Assembly: GCA_002633005.1 (NCBI GenBank)
Contig: NMRA01000314.1
Coordinates: 220,898-284,897, forward strand
DNA length: 64,000 nt
From: Phoronis australis
Lineage: Eukaryota; Animalia; Phoronida
Direction: 5' to 3'
Shown here: piece after piece, positions 47,478 to 61,592 of the stretch
Numbering within the stretch: position 1 is the first letter of the stretch
Layout: each line of letters opens with the position of its first letter
Position numbers and translations under genes: made by a program
The notes under the pieces: model-generated
Databases searched by the model: none
What the model saw: only the letters and a program-made list of their open reading frames with translations
Told to the model about the DNA's origin: nothing

Positions 47478-50400
47478 TCAGAAAGCATTAGTCTGAAAAA
47501 TAAATGAGGAGCAAAATGTGAGACAATGTAGCTTTATAAAGGGAAACAGAACTGTCAATTCTTACAATTATAACTGGTAAAGCAACCTCAAACAGAAACA
47601 TAACAAAATGAAGCCTAAAAGAAAGTAAATTCATACAGTATAATAAAAGAAACTTTCCATAATTTTCAAATTATTACAGTCATGGTACTTAAAAAGCTAA
47701 TAATGATTTAATGCAAAGAAATGAAAACCCAATGAACGCGAATATAGTTAGTAAAACAAGCTTGTGACAATAGTGTTGAATGTGTAGAGCAGAATAGCAA
47801 CGTGGAGAAGAAAGAGTGCTTGATTGAAGCGCCACCTACCATGTAAGTCCATCAACTCTGTTAGTTGCTGCAGGAGAGAGAAAAACAAGAAATTAGTGGT
47901 CACCAGGGGGCGCCATTAGCAGCATGTGTATCATGTGCAGTGAGAAAGAGAGAGAGAGATTCGAGCGAGAGAAGCTAAATGTTGCGTGTCTTGTTAACTA
48001 TCCAGTCGCCGACACACTAAGAAAGTTAAAGCACCAAGGAGACTATTCTTGGATCTATGTTGATTATCACAGCTCTCTAGTGATCAAGTCGTTCGTAGTT
48101 AGTCTTGGATCTATGTTGATTATCAGATCTCTCTAGTCATCAAGTCATTGGTAGTTAGTATTCTATTTCTGGTCCTATCACCACCAAACTTAACTATAGT
48201 CTTGACTATAAAAATTCACCAATTTCCTGGCACACCTCGAGTTACATATCTAGTCAAATTACATATCTAGTCAACTTTGGTGATCCCTGGCCAGATCACT
48301 GATAACTGTGACTACTAGTGAAACATCAACACGGCAAAGTGGAAATACTGTGGGAGTGTTCTGACCCAGCAAAGTGAAAATACTGCGAGTGCTCCGATTC
48401 AACGACTGTCAATCTAAATGGTAAAAGCTAAGTTCTCACACATAGTCATACTGAGTCAACAATGGCAGACAACATTAACACATGATTAACATCAAGTGCA
48501 CGTCTGCTTCCTCAATACAAGTATCTAGCCAAGCAGAGTGTGCATTAAGCCTGCAGAGGGAGCCTCAATCATTTCATCTCCGTCAATCAATGGTCGGCGC
48601 TTACTTGGTGTTTTCGTCGCTCCACAAAGTCCGACAGGCGCCCCGTTGATATCACATTGGCCTGGGACGTCAGCGCCCCCTGGCTAGAGTTGACTTGTGC
48701 TAACCAGTGCGACTCCATGCACTTCTGAGCAGTTGGTCGCTTGCTGGATACAAACGAGCAAATGAATCGCATTAAGTTTGACATTTTGTGTATAATTAAT
48801 GGAGTTTACGATCATAACTCTGCAACTATACTAAGTCTACTAATTCACGTGGCGGACATTAAAATCCAAAGCGAGGCTCACTGTGATACACAAAGCAGAA
48901 GTTGACATTGCGTGAATGAAATGGTTGGTCTTTCAAGTCCAACCTGGATATTAAATCTTAAAAATGTGTCAATAATTAACCACAGAGACGTAGAAAAATT
49001 CATTAGAGAACAAGTCAATGCACGAAAGAGTTGTCTAAGGGAAGGGATAAGTTTTTCGGAAAACTAACAATTGATTTGTCATTGATCTGCAAGATCGATG
49101 GATGTTATTAAATATATTTTTTATCAAAATAAAAAAACAGGCTGGTAATTGAAACTAAAAATTATTTGACCATCAGTTCTGCTTTCCTGGTTTTAACAAT
49201 TCTTACATCTATTTCATGTGTTAAGTTTCACATATCTATGTGGACCAAGTTGGATTTTAAAATTAAAACACCTAGTTCGTTTGACCAAAGCATAACCTGA
49301 AAAACAACCCATTTTGTTTTAGAGCTTAATTTCAGTTAACTGGACACGGCAAGCATAGTTATCATGTTTCTTCAGGGACCTCGTTCATCCGAGGGGAAAG
49401 GTGTGTAGTAACAACTGAGTACATTTATGGCCACAGCATACTGCCATAAACTGAGAAAACTTAGCAACTGAATTCCCACCAGTGACTGGATTGCAGTTTG
49501 ACCAATTAAACCACGTTTACAAAAATTATCGGCCATAGTCCAAAGACATGCACATGCACAATGCTTATTTTTACAATATTTTTAAGCTGGCTTGGAGTAC
49601 TAAGGGGAAAATTGTTGTTTGTCTGGTACAAGAACTGCATGAGCACTGACCTTGTGTCACTGACTAACATCCTGGTAATGAGATCCTTTGCCTGACTGGA
49701 GACTGGGCTGAAGTATTCATCAGGGAAACAGTAGTCAGTCCTGATGATGTTAGAAAAGGTCTCTTCAACACTCTCATCCAGGAAAGGGGAGAGACCACTC
49801 AGCATGGTATAAATGACAACACCAATACTCCTGTAATACACAGCAGTTACACTAAACACAGTCAGGCAACACATCAGCAATAACCTTGTGCACAAAAATC
49901 ATCTTACAGCAGGTTAGTACAGAAGCAACTGCCAAGCACTGCACTGCCCAGCACTGCCCTGTCCAGCCCTGGCCTGCTCTGCCCTGCACATACACACACA
50001 CACACACACAAACATAATATGACAGCGAGTGGTTGTGTTCATTGTCTGGGAATGATGCAACGAACAAGAGTTAATTGCCACAAGAGGATCCAAAGTGTCT
50101 ATTTATAGAATGCTTTATTACTAAACAGTTGTCCCACTAGTCCCGCTAGTCCAGAGGTTTGTCAATCTGGAACACAACATCCTAAATCACATAATTTCTT
50201 GAACATTTGAGATCGGGTGTATATCTTTAAAAGACGATAAAGTGACTCACCAGATGTCACTGTAAAACCCTGCTGGTGTTCCCTTGATAATCTCCGGTGC
50301 TGAGAACTCGGCACTACCAACCAGTGAGTGTGAGGTGGGGTTGTTGATAATGTACTCTGCGTCACCAAAGTCTATTAGCTTGAGACGTGGGGTCAGGCTG

Positions 50401-53400
50401 GACACATCAACTAACAAATTCTCCGGCTGTAAGAGAGACATTGACGGAGAGAGATGATATCGCTGGATTGACAACGTGGTGTATTGAACTGCTATGAAGC
50501 TTTCATTTAATAAATGAAAGTGGGTTTAAGGTGACTTGAAGCAATGTGCTTCACAGAACACATTTAAAAAAGCTGTCGCTAAAATACCTTGGGAAACTGA
50601 CCTTGATAATGACATTCTAAAGAGGGATATAGATATTACCAAAACGTAACAGACAGGCATGTGCACTCTGGCAAATAATGGAAACGCTTGTTTTCAGGAA
50701 TCATGGCAACTTTGTTCAAGTCGTTGCAGTTGAGACAAGAGTTGAATAGTTGAGAGACGTACCTTGATGTCTAAGTGTGCCACGCGACAATTGTGCAAGT
50801 ACTGAGTGACATCTAGCAGCTGACTTACAAAGCTTGCTGCCAGACTTTCTTCAAAGTGAGCTTTACAACACAAGAAGTCGAACAAGCGACCTGTTGGGAA
50901 CCTGGAGAAAGTAAATTGGCAATGGTAGACAATGGGCAGACAATGGGCAGACAATGGGCAGACAATGGGCAGACAATGGGTAGAGTGGCTACAAAGCATT
51001 ACTAAGTTTTGTCAATAACCAAAATAAGTCATTTGAGGCTTGCCACAAGCCCTGAGGTGTCATTCTCCTCAGACAATATAGCCATCAATGTCAGACCTGG
51101 ATGTACATGGTCTGGACAATCAGATGCCAAGATGTCTTGTGCCCAGTTTGACTATTCTTAACATGACTTCAAGCAAGTACTAGTCTGATGCAACATTATT
51201 TACCGTAAAAATCCACAGGAAAGACAATTTTTGACCACCTCAATAATAACATGGATACCACACAGTTACCATGCACTCTCTAACTCCACTAAGTTCCACA
51301 AAACCCAAGAGCCAAAGCTCCTTCAACCCAAGCTGGGACACACCTCCCTACGCATCTGATGGCTTACATTAACCAATGAAAACTCGTGTCATTAAGTAAA
51401 TGGCACTTCTCCTATACAACTGACTTGACTTACAGTTCTGATGTGATATAGAAGGTGGTGTCAGTTATGTAGAGATCCCAGACCAGCCCGAGGTGTGCAT
51501 GGCGTAGACTGCGTACCAATGAGAATTCATGCTCCACATGTTCTCTGGAGGACGTCTTGCGTGATAAACATTTGACAGCTACCTCCCGCCCACTGGATTT
51601 GTCTATGCATCGCTTGACCACAGCAAACCGACCTCTGCAACACAAAAATTTTGTTGATGTGTACATTATGCTTGTAAAGGGATAGTTTGAATATTAAATC
51701 TTTGCTAATCACAATTTTATTAAGACATACAAAGCATGCACAGTTCTAACTCCTTTATTCGCTAAGGGTTTTAAGATGACTCACAAATCAAGTCACTCCA
51801 TTGTATTGTACACAAGTCAAGTCACCCCATTGTGTTGTACACAAGTCAAGTCACCCCATTGTGTTGCACACAAGTCAAGTCACCCCATTGTGTTGTACAC
51901 AAGTCAAGTCAACCAATAGTGTTGCCCAGACAAGTTACACAAGAGAGGTTGGGATATGTCAACAAAGGAACAGCAGTTGAAACATGTATTGTTTCTCTTT
52001 TCTTCTGTTGTAGTTAATAACCGATTTTTGCCACTACAACAATGAAAAGATTCAATTTTCAATCACGGATTTACTTCTCAAAGTCTACAGTGTCTACAAC
52101 GGTGAGAAAAGAATGTTGCCATGAACAGACAGTGATTACCACTGACACCCATACTAATTCTCAAATAAACGATGCCAGTTTAGGCACTATTATAAGTGCT
52201 TAATATAATCCTAAACAATAAGAAACCTCAATTTCCACTCGGAAAATGTAACATAGCTTCTGACGTAGCTCCCATACTTCCTATGTGCACTGACCTCGCC
52301 AACTCTGTTGTCTCAGTAAAGTCCTCCGTGTATCCCGTCTTCCACTCGACCCTCTCCTGGTCAGATTTGGTTGATGTCTCTACGTCTTGTGGTATCCTCA
52401 CCGCCTCTGAGGCGGGTCCAGGCTGACTGATACCCACTGAGTTGTGCGCGCTCACTCTAAACTGATATGCCGAGCCTGGGGTCAGCTCCTCCACTGTCTG
52501 GCCGTTGCCCGGGATGTAGGGCACTGCAGCCTGCCATACATCCACACCTACAGAGGGAGACACCGATACGTGTGATTTCAAATAAATACAGAGGGAGACA
52601 CCGATACGTGTGATTTCAAATAAATACAGAGGGAGACACCGATACGTGTGACTTCAAATAAATACAGAGGGTGATACTGGGTGTTGTTAAAAAATTGGAC
52701 TCGATTCACATTTTGTTGGAATCGTACAAATTTAAGGCCAAAACATTTTGAATTCCAATGACCAGATGTCATGTCTCTTCTGACTATTCTTTCATAAATT
52801 TTAACATAACTAGACTTTCAACTTTCAACCACACTTAATCATTTTCATAAGAACCACTATAAGAGCATAGGCATCAAGGCAAAATTAAGAAGGTAACTTA
52901 GGTAGACTTGAAATAAAAACTCGTGTAAACATTTAGCGTCACATTTTCAATTATTGATTTTTTACTTGATCCCAGTTTATTCAACTTCACAAGTAGCAGT
53001 ATTGTATAAGAGTACAGTAAGATATAACGACCTCAGTTATGAGACAAATTTTGATTCCAACGGAGTATTTATTTTCAGCTTATTCTATGATTGTACTAGA
53101 GATAAAAGTTCCATCCAAATAAAAGGAAATCTGAATAAAATTTAGTAGACTCTTTATTCCTATCCCAGCATACCCGCAAAATGTTCTCAATGTGCCAGAG
53201 AGAAGAACAGCTTGGCAACAGTGTGATGACAGACGCCTGCATACAACACAGTTGAGCTAGCATGACAAGCATTCGGTGCAGAGATTATATAACACCATTA
53301 CCGTGAATACTTGAGTTATGACACAGAGTGAGAGAACGCCGAGGAGGATACAAAAAGTTGCAGACGTAGGTAATAAACGAAGAAAAGCATAGTACCCTGT

Positions 53401-56400
53401 TCTGTGAATTCGAGCGTGTAGCCTTCCACCGGCTCGCTGCCGTCAAACACCGGGGGGGACCAGTGAAGTGTGACGGACGCGCCCGACTGGCGCATGATTA
53501 TTGGAATACCGGGAGGACCAGGCTTGTCTACAAACAAAGAGTGCGCCAGAGGAACTAAGACACGAGCGTAGGGTGAAACTAGAGCATTAGGTTAAAGGCA
53601 CACAACACAAACTGCAAAGGAGCAAGAAATGAAAATAAGTGTGTAAATCGGCTAAAAATTCAAATAGTTCTAATTGCAACATCAATAACTCTCATCTAAA
53701 AAATATGAAAATAACAACTAGCTGCACAAACCCAAACCCTGTTTATAAAAAGCACAATTACTATCCCTGACATAAAACACAGCTCCACTCTAAACAACAC
53801 CAATAAAAAGCCACCAGAGGTTCATAACTAACAATGAGTGGCCTACTTACCAACTACTTTTAGATTGGCTAGTGAAGTAACTGAGCCTGCCTCGCTATTG
53901 GCTGTACATTCGTACTGGCCACTGTCTGATGGCGACACCTGTTGGAGCTAGAACAAAACATACCTCTTGTGAAGACCATCATTGCTATTCTCTTTGTTGG
54001 ATAGTTGCAGTACTTTGCCGAAGCTAATACAAAACACACATCGAACATCGTATTGTGAAATTACAAAAAATTCTGTTTCAAAAAGCTGTGAACTATCACT
54101 TTGTAATAAAAAATTAGGTAGCATCCAGAAAATGTTTCCCACAGGAGGTTTAGTCTCACGGAAATCTCACATCAATTATTTAACAAGAGTTTGACCATGA
54201 TCCTGGGCTTGGCTATTCACTGATCCACAGGGGGTAATCAAACAATTATCGTCTCAGCCAGGACCATAAACCCTTTGTTAAGGTGTGTTTAGTTACACAG
54301 TCCAACTGGGACAGTTGTGCACTAAGACCCTGAGTTTACTAAGAACTGCGTTCACTGACCTTGCATGAAAAATTAAAAAGGCGTGTCGTATGTGACTCAC
54401 ACCCATAATTTACAAATATTCCCCAAAATTCTAAGCCAGTAGGGGGACTAGTTGCTCCCTTCAAGCCCCAAATGACAAAGGAACATCCATAATAGGATCA
54501 CATACCTGTAAGGATGCATAACCTTCCTCGTCGTAAGATATACTAATTCTCGGAGAAGGGGAGATAACCCTTTGACCCGGTGACCTCCAGACGACCCCGG
54601 GTCGCGGTCGACCACACACCTTGCAGGTGAAGACCGCAGTGTCGCCTGCCTTCACCGTCATGTCCTTGAGGTGTTCACTGAACGAGGGTGGCACTTCATA
54701 GATGAACTCTGGCTGGCACAACTGGGGCACACAGAGGAGAACGAACATTAGTTAACTAAAGATAAATAATATGAAAGCCTGTTCAAAACTCTACCTAAAT
54801 TGACAGTTTCACAGCATTCCGTAAATTATTTTTTTGAAAAAACAAATGAAATTTTGTGGGTCTTTTTTGAAATTCAAAGTACAATAACTTGAAAACGGTA
54901 AGTCTGAGAAAAAAAATTGTTGCAGTTCATTTGACAGAGTATACCTCAGAGAATCCACATGCAAAAATTCATGTCATTTTCTCTTCCCGTTTAAAATGGC
55001 ACCCCAGCACGACTAAAAATGGGTCAACATGCACCAGATCCGCCATCTTGGAAACAACTTCCGGTTTCGTAACATAGAATAATAGCTAGTTGTAAAAAAA
55101 CTAATATGTGAAAAATTTTGAAGAAATTGGTCCAACAATGCGCCCTCTACTGGAGAAAACGTTTTTTGAACAAACTCGAAGTGCGCATGCGCAGTTGCAG
55201 ATATTTCCGCCATCATTGACCGGAAGTAAACAATATTTTTCAGATCTGTAACACATGGATAGTTCAATATTTCTACCGATTTTCAGCCCTGTACGTCAAA
55301 AATTAAGGCTTCTATGAGCAACTGAATCTGAAATTGGAAACAAAATGGCCACCATATCCGTCATCTTGGATCCGATTATGAAGAAAAACAACAGGGTTCC
55401 TGTACTCATAGATGTACAACTTGTGTGTAAATTTCGTGATGATTGGACAAAAATTGCGACCTGTATCGTGCGAACAAACAAAAAAAACTTGGTGACAGAG
55501 CAACATGCTTGGCGAAATTAATTTCGCCAAGTAATAACTTCTGAGCTTCTAAACACAGACGTGTAATATTAAATAATGCGTATTACAGCCACTGTGCAGC
55601 AATGCCACTGTCACCTCATTATATAATACAACTAAACAAAGGGTCTCTGTTTTACAATTTAAATGGATTGAGACACCTGAGTATAGCAATGCATGCATAT
55701 TTAAGACTGGACAATAAATTCATTAGTGCCACCTCACGAAATCCCAGCATTTCACAAAGACAGTGCCCATGCTGCCCCCTACCTTCAGATCCCTCTTGAA
55801 GTTCTTGTCCTTTCCAATGATCCTCCTGTCAAGGCTAGCAGTCTTAGACATCTTCTTATGCTCTTTCTTCTCTTCCTTCTCTGACTTAAAGCTTCCCTTA
55901 CGTAGTTTGGACTGCCACGATGACTTCTTGCCATCTCCGCTGATAATCTGCACGAAAATTAAAGGGAAGGTGACATGGCTACCTACTGGGGCAACAGGCA
56001 TCAGGGACTTGTTGGAAAGGCTTAGAGTCAGTGTGCTAACAGAGAGGGTTTAGTAAGAATTGTGAGTAAGAGACATGAGTGATAATCAGGAGTAACCATC
56101 AGGTGGTGAGGCAATAACAACTAACAGTCCCCCAGGTGGTTAGGCAATATCACACCCCAGTCCCCCACTTTGTTATCACAAACTGGCAGCCATCAACAAA
56201 TTTAATAGAGTAACTACAATAAGCAACTGTTGTTATCACAAAGCCATTAAACATGCATTTGGGTCTAACAAAAATTTTTGTGCCAGCCATTGCTCTCCCC
56301 AGAGAATTAATGCACTGAACTACAAATAGTCCTCCACAAAACTCCCACAAGGTGCTTCATACCTAGTTACTAGACAACGACTAGTACTTACTAATACTGT

Positions 56401-59400
56401 TAAAGCTACTGTGATGAACGTAAACATTCAAGCAGTTGTACTCTAAATGCATGAACAACAGCTCATGTTGAAGATTACATTGTGAATTCTAATACATTCA
56501 ATTTTACTAATTAGTGTCCTTTTAGTACATTAGTCAGTAGTTAACGACTATAAACAGTTTACTAACATGTGCTGGTATCCAACCCTCTGCTGCCATAGAG
56601 CCCTCTGTGGCGGGTCGATGAACTAACACCATACCCTGTTGTGCGTTAGTGTTGATCACATGAACTGTGTCACCTTTGTGTACCGAGATCTCATCCTCTT
56701 TTTCTGTTGTATACGAGGTCAGCACTTTGGCTGCTGCTGGAGTCTCAAACTAGCACAGGAAGTGAGGTCAGAGGTTAGCAAGTCAAAAAGTTAATGAATT
56801 CTAAGTTGTTAGCTAGGTTACCGTTCAAACACCTGAGAACAGATTTAGTCTGGGGACTAACATCTTGTGAGTTCAGTTCTAATTAATTACAAGTCATCAC
56901 TTCTTGCAAAGTTTGGAAATAACCCCCAACCATGAAAACGAATCACTTGGTACAAAGTTTGAAAATAACCCCCAACCATGACAAGGAACAAACTGAGACC
57001 AATTTCCTGGCCATAGGAGGTCCAAGGTAAAACTTGATGTCTTTGAAATTGATAACCGCTGTGAATGGGAGTTAGTGCTATTTAACATTTACCAACTAGT
57101 CTACAGTCCAATGAGCAACTAAAAGCCAGTGCACTTCAGATCTATTCAATGCTCTAAACTATCCCCCAGCTCTCTAATGCATCAAATTTACATTAAGATT
57201 TACATATAATTCCTTGAAGTCATATACAAAGGCAGGATTCAAAACTTATATCCTAAGTACTGCCTCAAAGCAGCACCAATCTTGTGTCGATATAGGACAA
57301 CGCGTGACTCGAGTGATAACTTTTCAGCAAAGAGCCATTCTGTGATTTAACCATTGCCTACACCAAACCAATACTCACTGCCTGAAATTCTGATTCAGAG
57401 ATATCCAGGGCACTAGACTGCTTGCCTTTCCTGTCTGCCTTCAGCTCTCCCGGGCTAGGTGGTTCACTTGCACAATCCTTTAGAACTGATGTGTCTGTTT
57501 TCGACTTCCTCAACGATCTGAAACCGTCAAATATATTCCTGCGAGGTTTGGGAGACCCCGAGTTTTTCTTTTGTCCATTTTTCATCAGTTTCTCCGTTGG
57601 TGACAAAGGATTTTTATCCAGTGGAGAGGGAGGCGTCACAAGCCCCTGTTTAGAATCATTCCCTACAGAGTCTGCCACCAATATGGGGCCAGGCACCGAC
57701 TTGCATCGTTTACCGATTTCCTGTGAACCATTGGGACTCTCGGTCTTTCTACTATCTGACGAGGTGCGTATGTGTTTACTGCCAGTGGGCTGTGATTGGG
57801 TCTTGCGCAGGGCACTCGTCTTATTCAGGCTCATGAACTCTGGTGCAGACCTAAAAAACAAATGTTCTGGTTATTAACAAAGGCACTGGTTCAGACATAA
57901 CTTAATCATAAACAGTCAAGACATGCTCAACTTCTGAGCTTGGTGTTGATATGATTAGAATTAAAATTAAGATTCAAGACAACTTTACAAAAAGCAAACA
58001 TGAAAACAAATGGCAACGCCCAACCACATCGCCTAGGATGTCAGCAGTTTTTTAAAAATGTTTTCATAAGGACTCACATCTCTTTTGTCAGCTCTTTTTG
58101 GTACGCAATTGGAGATTGAAGAGCTAGAACAGAAAAAAATGGATGATTTCTATGAAAACATTAGTATTGAGCACAGTAATGGTACGGTGATACAAGTATG
58201 CAATGACAATTGAGCACAGTAATGACAGCGTTTTCTCGTTCAGTGACTTTACCAGACGAAGGGGATTCTAAGCATGTGATAACATCTAGCTTCTTTGTTA
58301 ACTGCCAAGCACAGTCTTTTGTCTGTTATGACAACAAGCAGGCCAATTATCTACCAGGCTTATTACAGACCATGTGTGAACACCATCAAACCCAGAGTGA
58401 ATTGGTACATTTGGAAAGAATAGATTATCGTAACTTAGGTTGCACTTGGGCGATTTTGCCAATGAATTCAAAAACTAAACATGATCACCATTTGACGAAG
58501 ATTTCAGAAATGCTATTGGTTTATTTTCAAATATGTTATAACTTAACTTTTATTTTTAACACCCCAGTCAGGCTAGATACGATCTTATTGAAGATTAGAG
58601 CAATTATCGAACAAAAGAGCGCAGGCCCTCCAACCATAAATGCCAGAATGGAGTTAATCAGTCGTGCAAGATATTGGCTACGGGGGTAAACTTCCCAACT
58701 TGTTGTTGGGCTATAGAATCGAACAAGTTGGGAGCAACTGGAAAACGCCGTAATGAATGATACAGTGATACAAGCATGCAATGACAATTGAGCACAACAA
58801 TGGTACAGTGATACAAGTACACCATGACAATTCTTACTATCGTCCTAATTATAACATCATAGTCAGCTATCATCACCTTCATGACACGATACAGGGTTCA
58901 AAAGGGTGCCGGGCAACAGTATCCAAAATGGAAACAAGATCCCATGATGAAATTTCACATTTAAGACAAAACATAAGGCTTGTGAAACATAAGAGTTGGA
59001 CTCACCCCTCAGGAAGTCACCTTGCATGTCCAGCAAGGAGCGTGTCTTCTGACACCACATTTCTTTAGTCTCCTGGTCCTTGCACTGCAACATGTACTTG
59101 GCCTCACTGCCTGGTGTACGGTCAGTCAACATGAAGTTTAACGTGTTGCTCTCAACATGTTCTGTCAGAGACATCTTGTTCATCTGCATTCAAAACAAAT
59201 GTGGACAGAGCATTAGTCGTAGATAGGGCTTCGTATTGGTAATCCATAATTATACGATATTGAAAACCGACTAAATTCCATTTTAAAAAATATCGGAATC
59301 ACAGATGATTTATAGCTTTTACCTTATTTTTCTAGGCTTCTAGATGAACATTTTGTGTCAATGTAAAGAAGTCAACAATCAAACAACTGTAAACGTTACA

Positions 59401-61544
59401 GAAACTTAGTTGCGTGTGTTTGATTTTTGGAAGAAAAGCGAAATTCCACATCAAGACAGTTGAGTGCAAGCAGATCTTACCATCACAGTAACGGGAATGA
59501 TGACAGATATAAAATGAAAGCGCAAAATTACTCTAACTTCAATTTAGGATAATAGTCTTTGGCTCTGCCAGGTCAACTAGATAAGACTTCTGATTGGTTT
59601 GTAAGCCAGAATTTGCCATTGAGAACCAATCAGATGTCTTAGTCAGTTGACTTGGTTGAACTGTCAGAGTGAACAATGTTCAATCACTTACTTTTTCTTG
59701 GCAATCAAGTTCCAAATGAAGGTACATAATTTAAAACTTAATCAGATAATGCCTCAGTCAAGTAATTTTAAGAAATGACAGAGCTTCAGTGAAGGGCAAC
59801 AGATGTCACCCTCAGCCACAGCGGTGAGTTGCGCCATTACTGTTGTGTAATAAATACACCTTACAATAGTGACCTCACCAGCAAGCCTACCTTGATTGAA
59901 TTTTTGAACACATATGTCTGGTTGGACATATTGCCCCTCGTGCTTTTCCTCTCGATCATATCGCTGAAGATGATGATTTGTTCAAACAGAAACACGCGTC
60001 GCTCCTTAAACTTGGAGGGCTCGCCCCGCTGGTCACACTCGGCCACCAGTAATGTGTCTTGAGATAATAGTTTGCCTTGAGCTGTGATCTTGCCCTGTCA
60101 ACACACACGCATAGTCTAGTGCAAACCCATTTGAAAGAAAAAATGTCGACTCACTATATGCCTGCAGCAATTGACACAAAGCCCAGTGACCCCTGACCCC
60201 TTGGGTATACCAACTCGGCATCAACCCCTGCAGCTGCCCTCATGTCACTTGATGCCACGCATTTTACCTCCACTACCAATAACCTAGACCTGCCTGGCCC
60301 AGTCTTACATGAAACCCTGCATACATCACATGTTCATCACTTCATTGACAGCCTAAAGTATCAACTCCAGTGACCCGACCCCTAACCTCTCTAGACAACC
60401 AATACTTACATCACACCCTTCCCCTGTCCCCCCTACATTCATCGTTATTAGTTGCCTTAGGCACCACCTCCACCAACCCTCTGACCTCCCCTGAGACAAC
60501 CAATACTTACATCAAACCCCTGCAATCGACCGACATTCATCATGTCATTGGCTGCCTTGGGCACAACATGCATGACCTCTACAGCCCTCTCAAGGTCCTT
60601 AGTGTCGAGCCCCGCCCTACTTGTCTGTTTCAGAATGTCCTTCAACAACAACTGATACTTCATGATCCTCTGTACTGGTTTGATCAACAGATCCTGGATC
60701 TGTAGACGATGGCCCATCTTTTGTCTCAGTTCCTGTGCACAACAATATAAAGCTTAGTATAAATTGACAACAGGTACATACTCATGATCTCTGGTCAGTA
60801 AATGGTCAAACGCACGGGTCAGCAACATTGGGACATAAATTGGGACATATATTGCAACAACTGGGAAAGAACGCAGTCGCACAAAAAGAAAACCACAAGT
60901 TTACAGAGTTCAGCAATTTAGAGTCGAAAAATTCAAAAAGGGGAATTCCCTTCCTACACATGACTGAGACATGACAATTAGGAAATCAGCAGATTAACAT
61001 TCCAACTTGGTCTTGAACTTTCCTCGACACAATAACAATTGGTTTTTACCATCACGTGCAGAAGCTATGAAGCGCGCTGAGTATGGAATGTTTGGCCAAT
61101 CCCCAAAAACTGAAGTATTGAAAGGAGGAAAAGTAATGCCCATTCAAAGTTATGTGGGACCATAGAAAAATGTGCAAATTTGGCAAACTTGGGAACATCA
61201 GATATGGCCAAAAGGTTTCATATGAACTATCAGATGCTATGCACTTTTCTCCATATAACATTGTGAGGAATTGTTACAAAAATGCCCAACTTTTATGTGA
61301 GGTGTTACCAATAAATAGGACTTTGAAACGCAGTATAACTAATTATGCAATACTAATGGATAACAATTACATAACCCTTTCTAACTCCAGGCTTTGATTG
61401 TAGTCATAGTTCATGTGATCAATGCCATCAGGAGGTGCTAACTGAAAGACCAGTGAACAGTTTTACCTTAATTCCCAGTGTTGACAAAATAGTGCAAACT
61501 GTTCAACAAGGAATGACCTAATAAGAGCGCTTGTATATGGAAGG

Positions 61545-61592
<48 letters not shown>

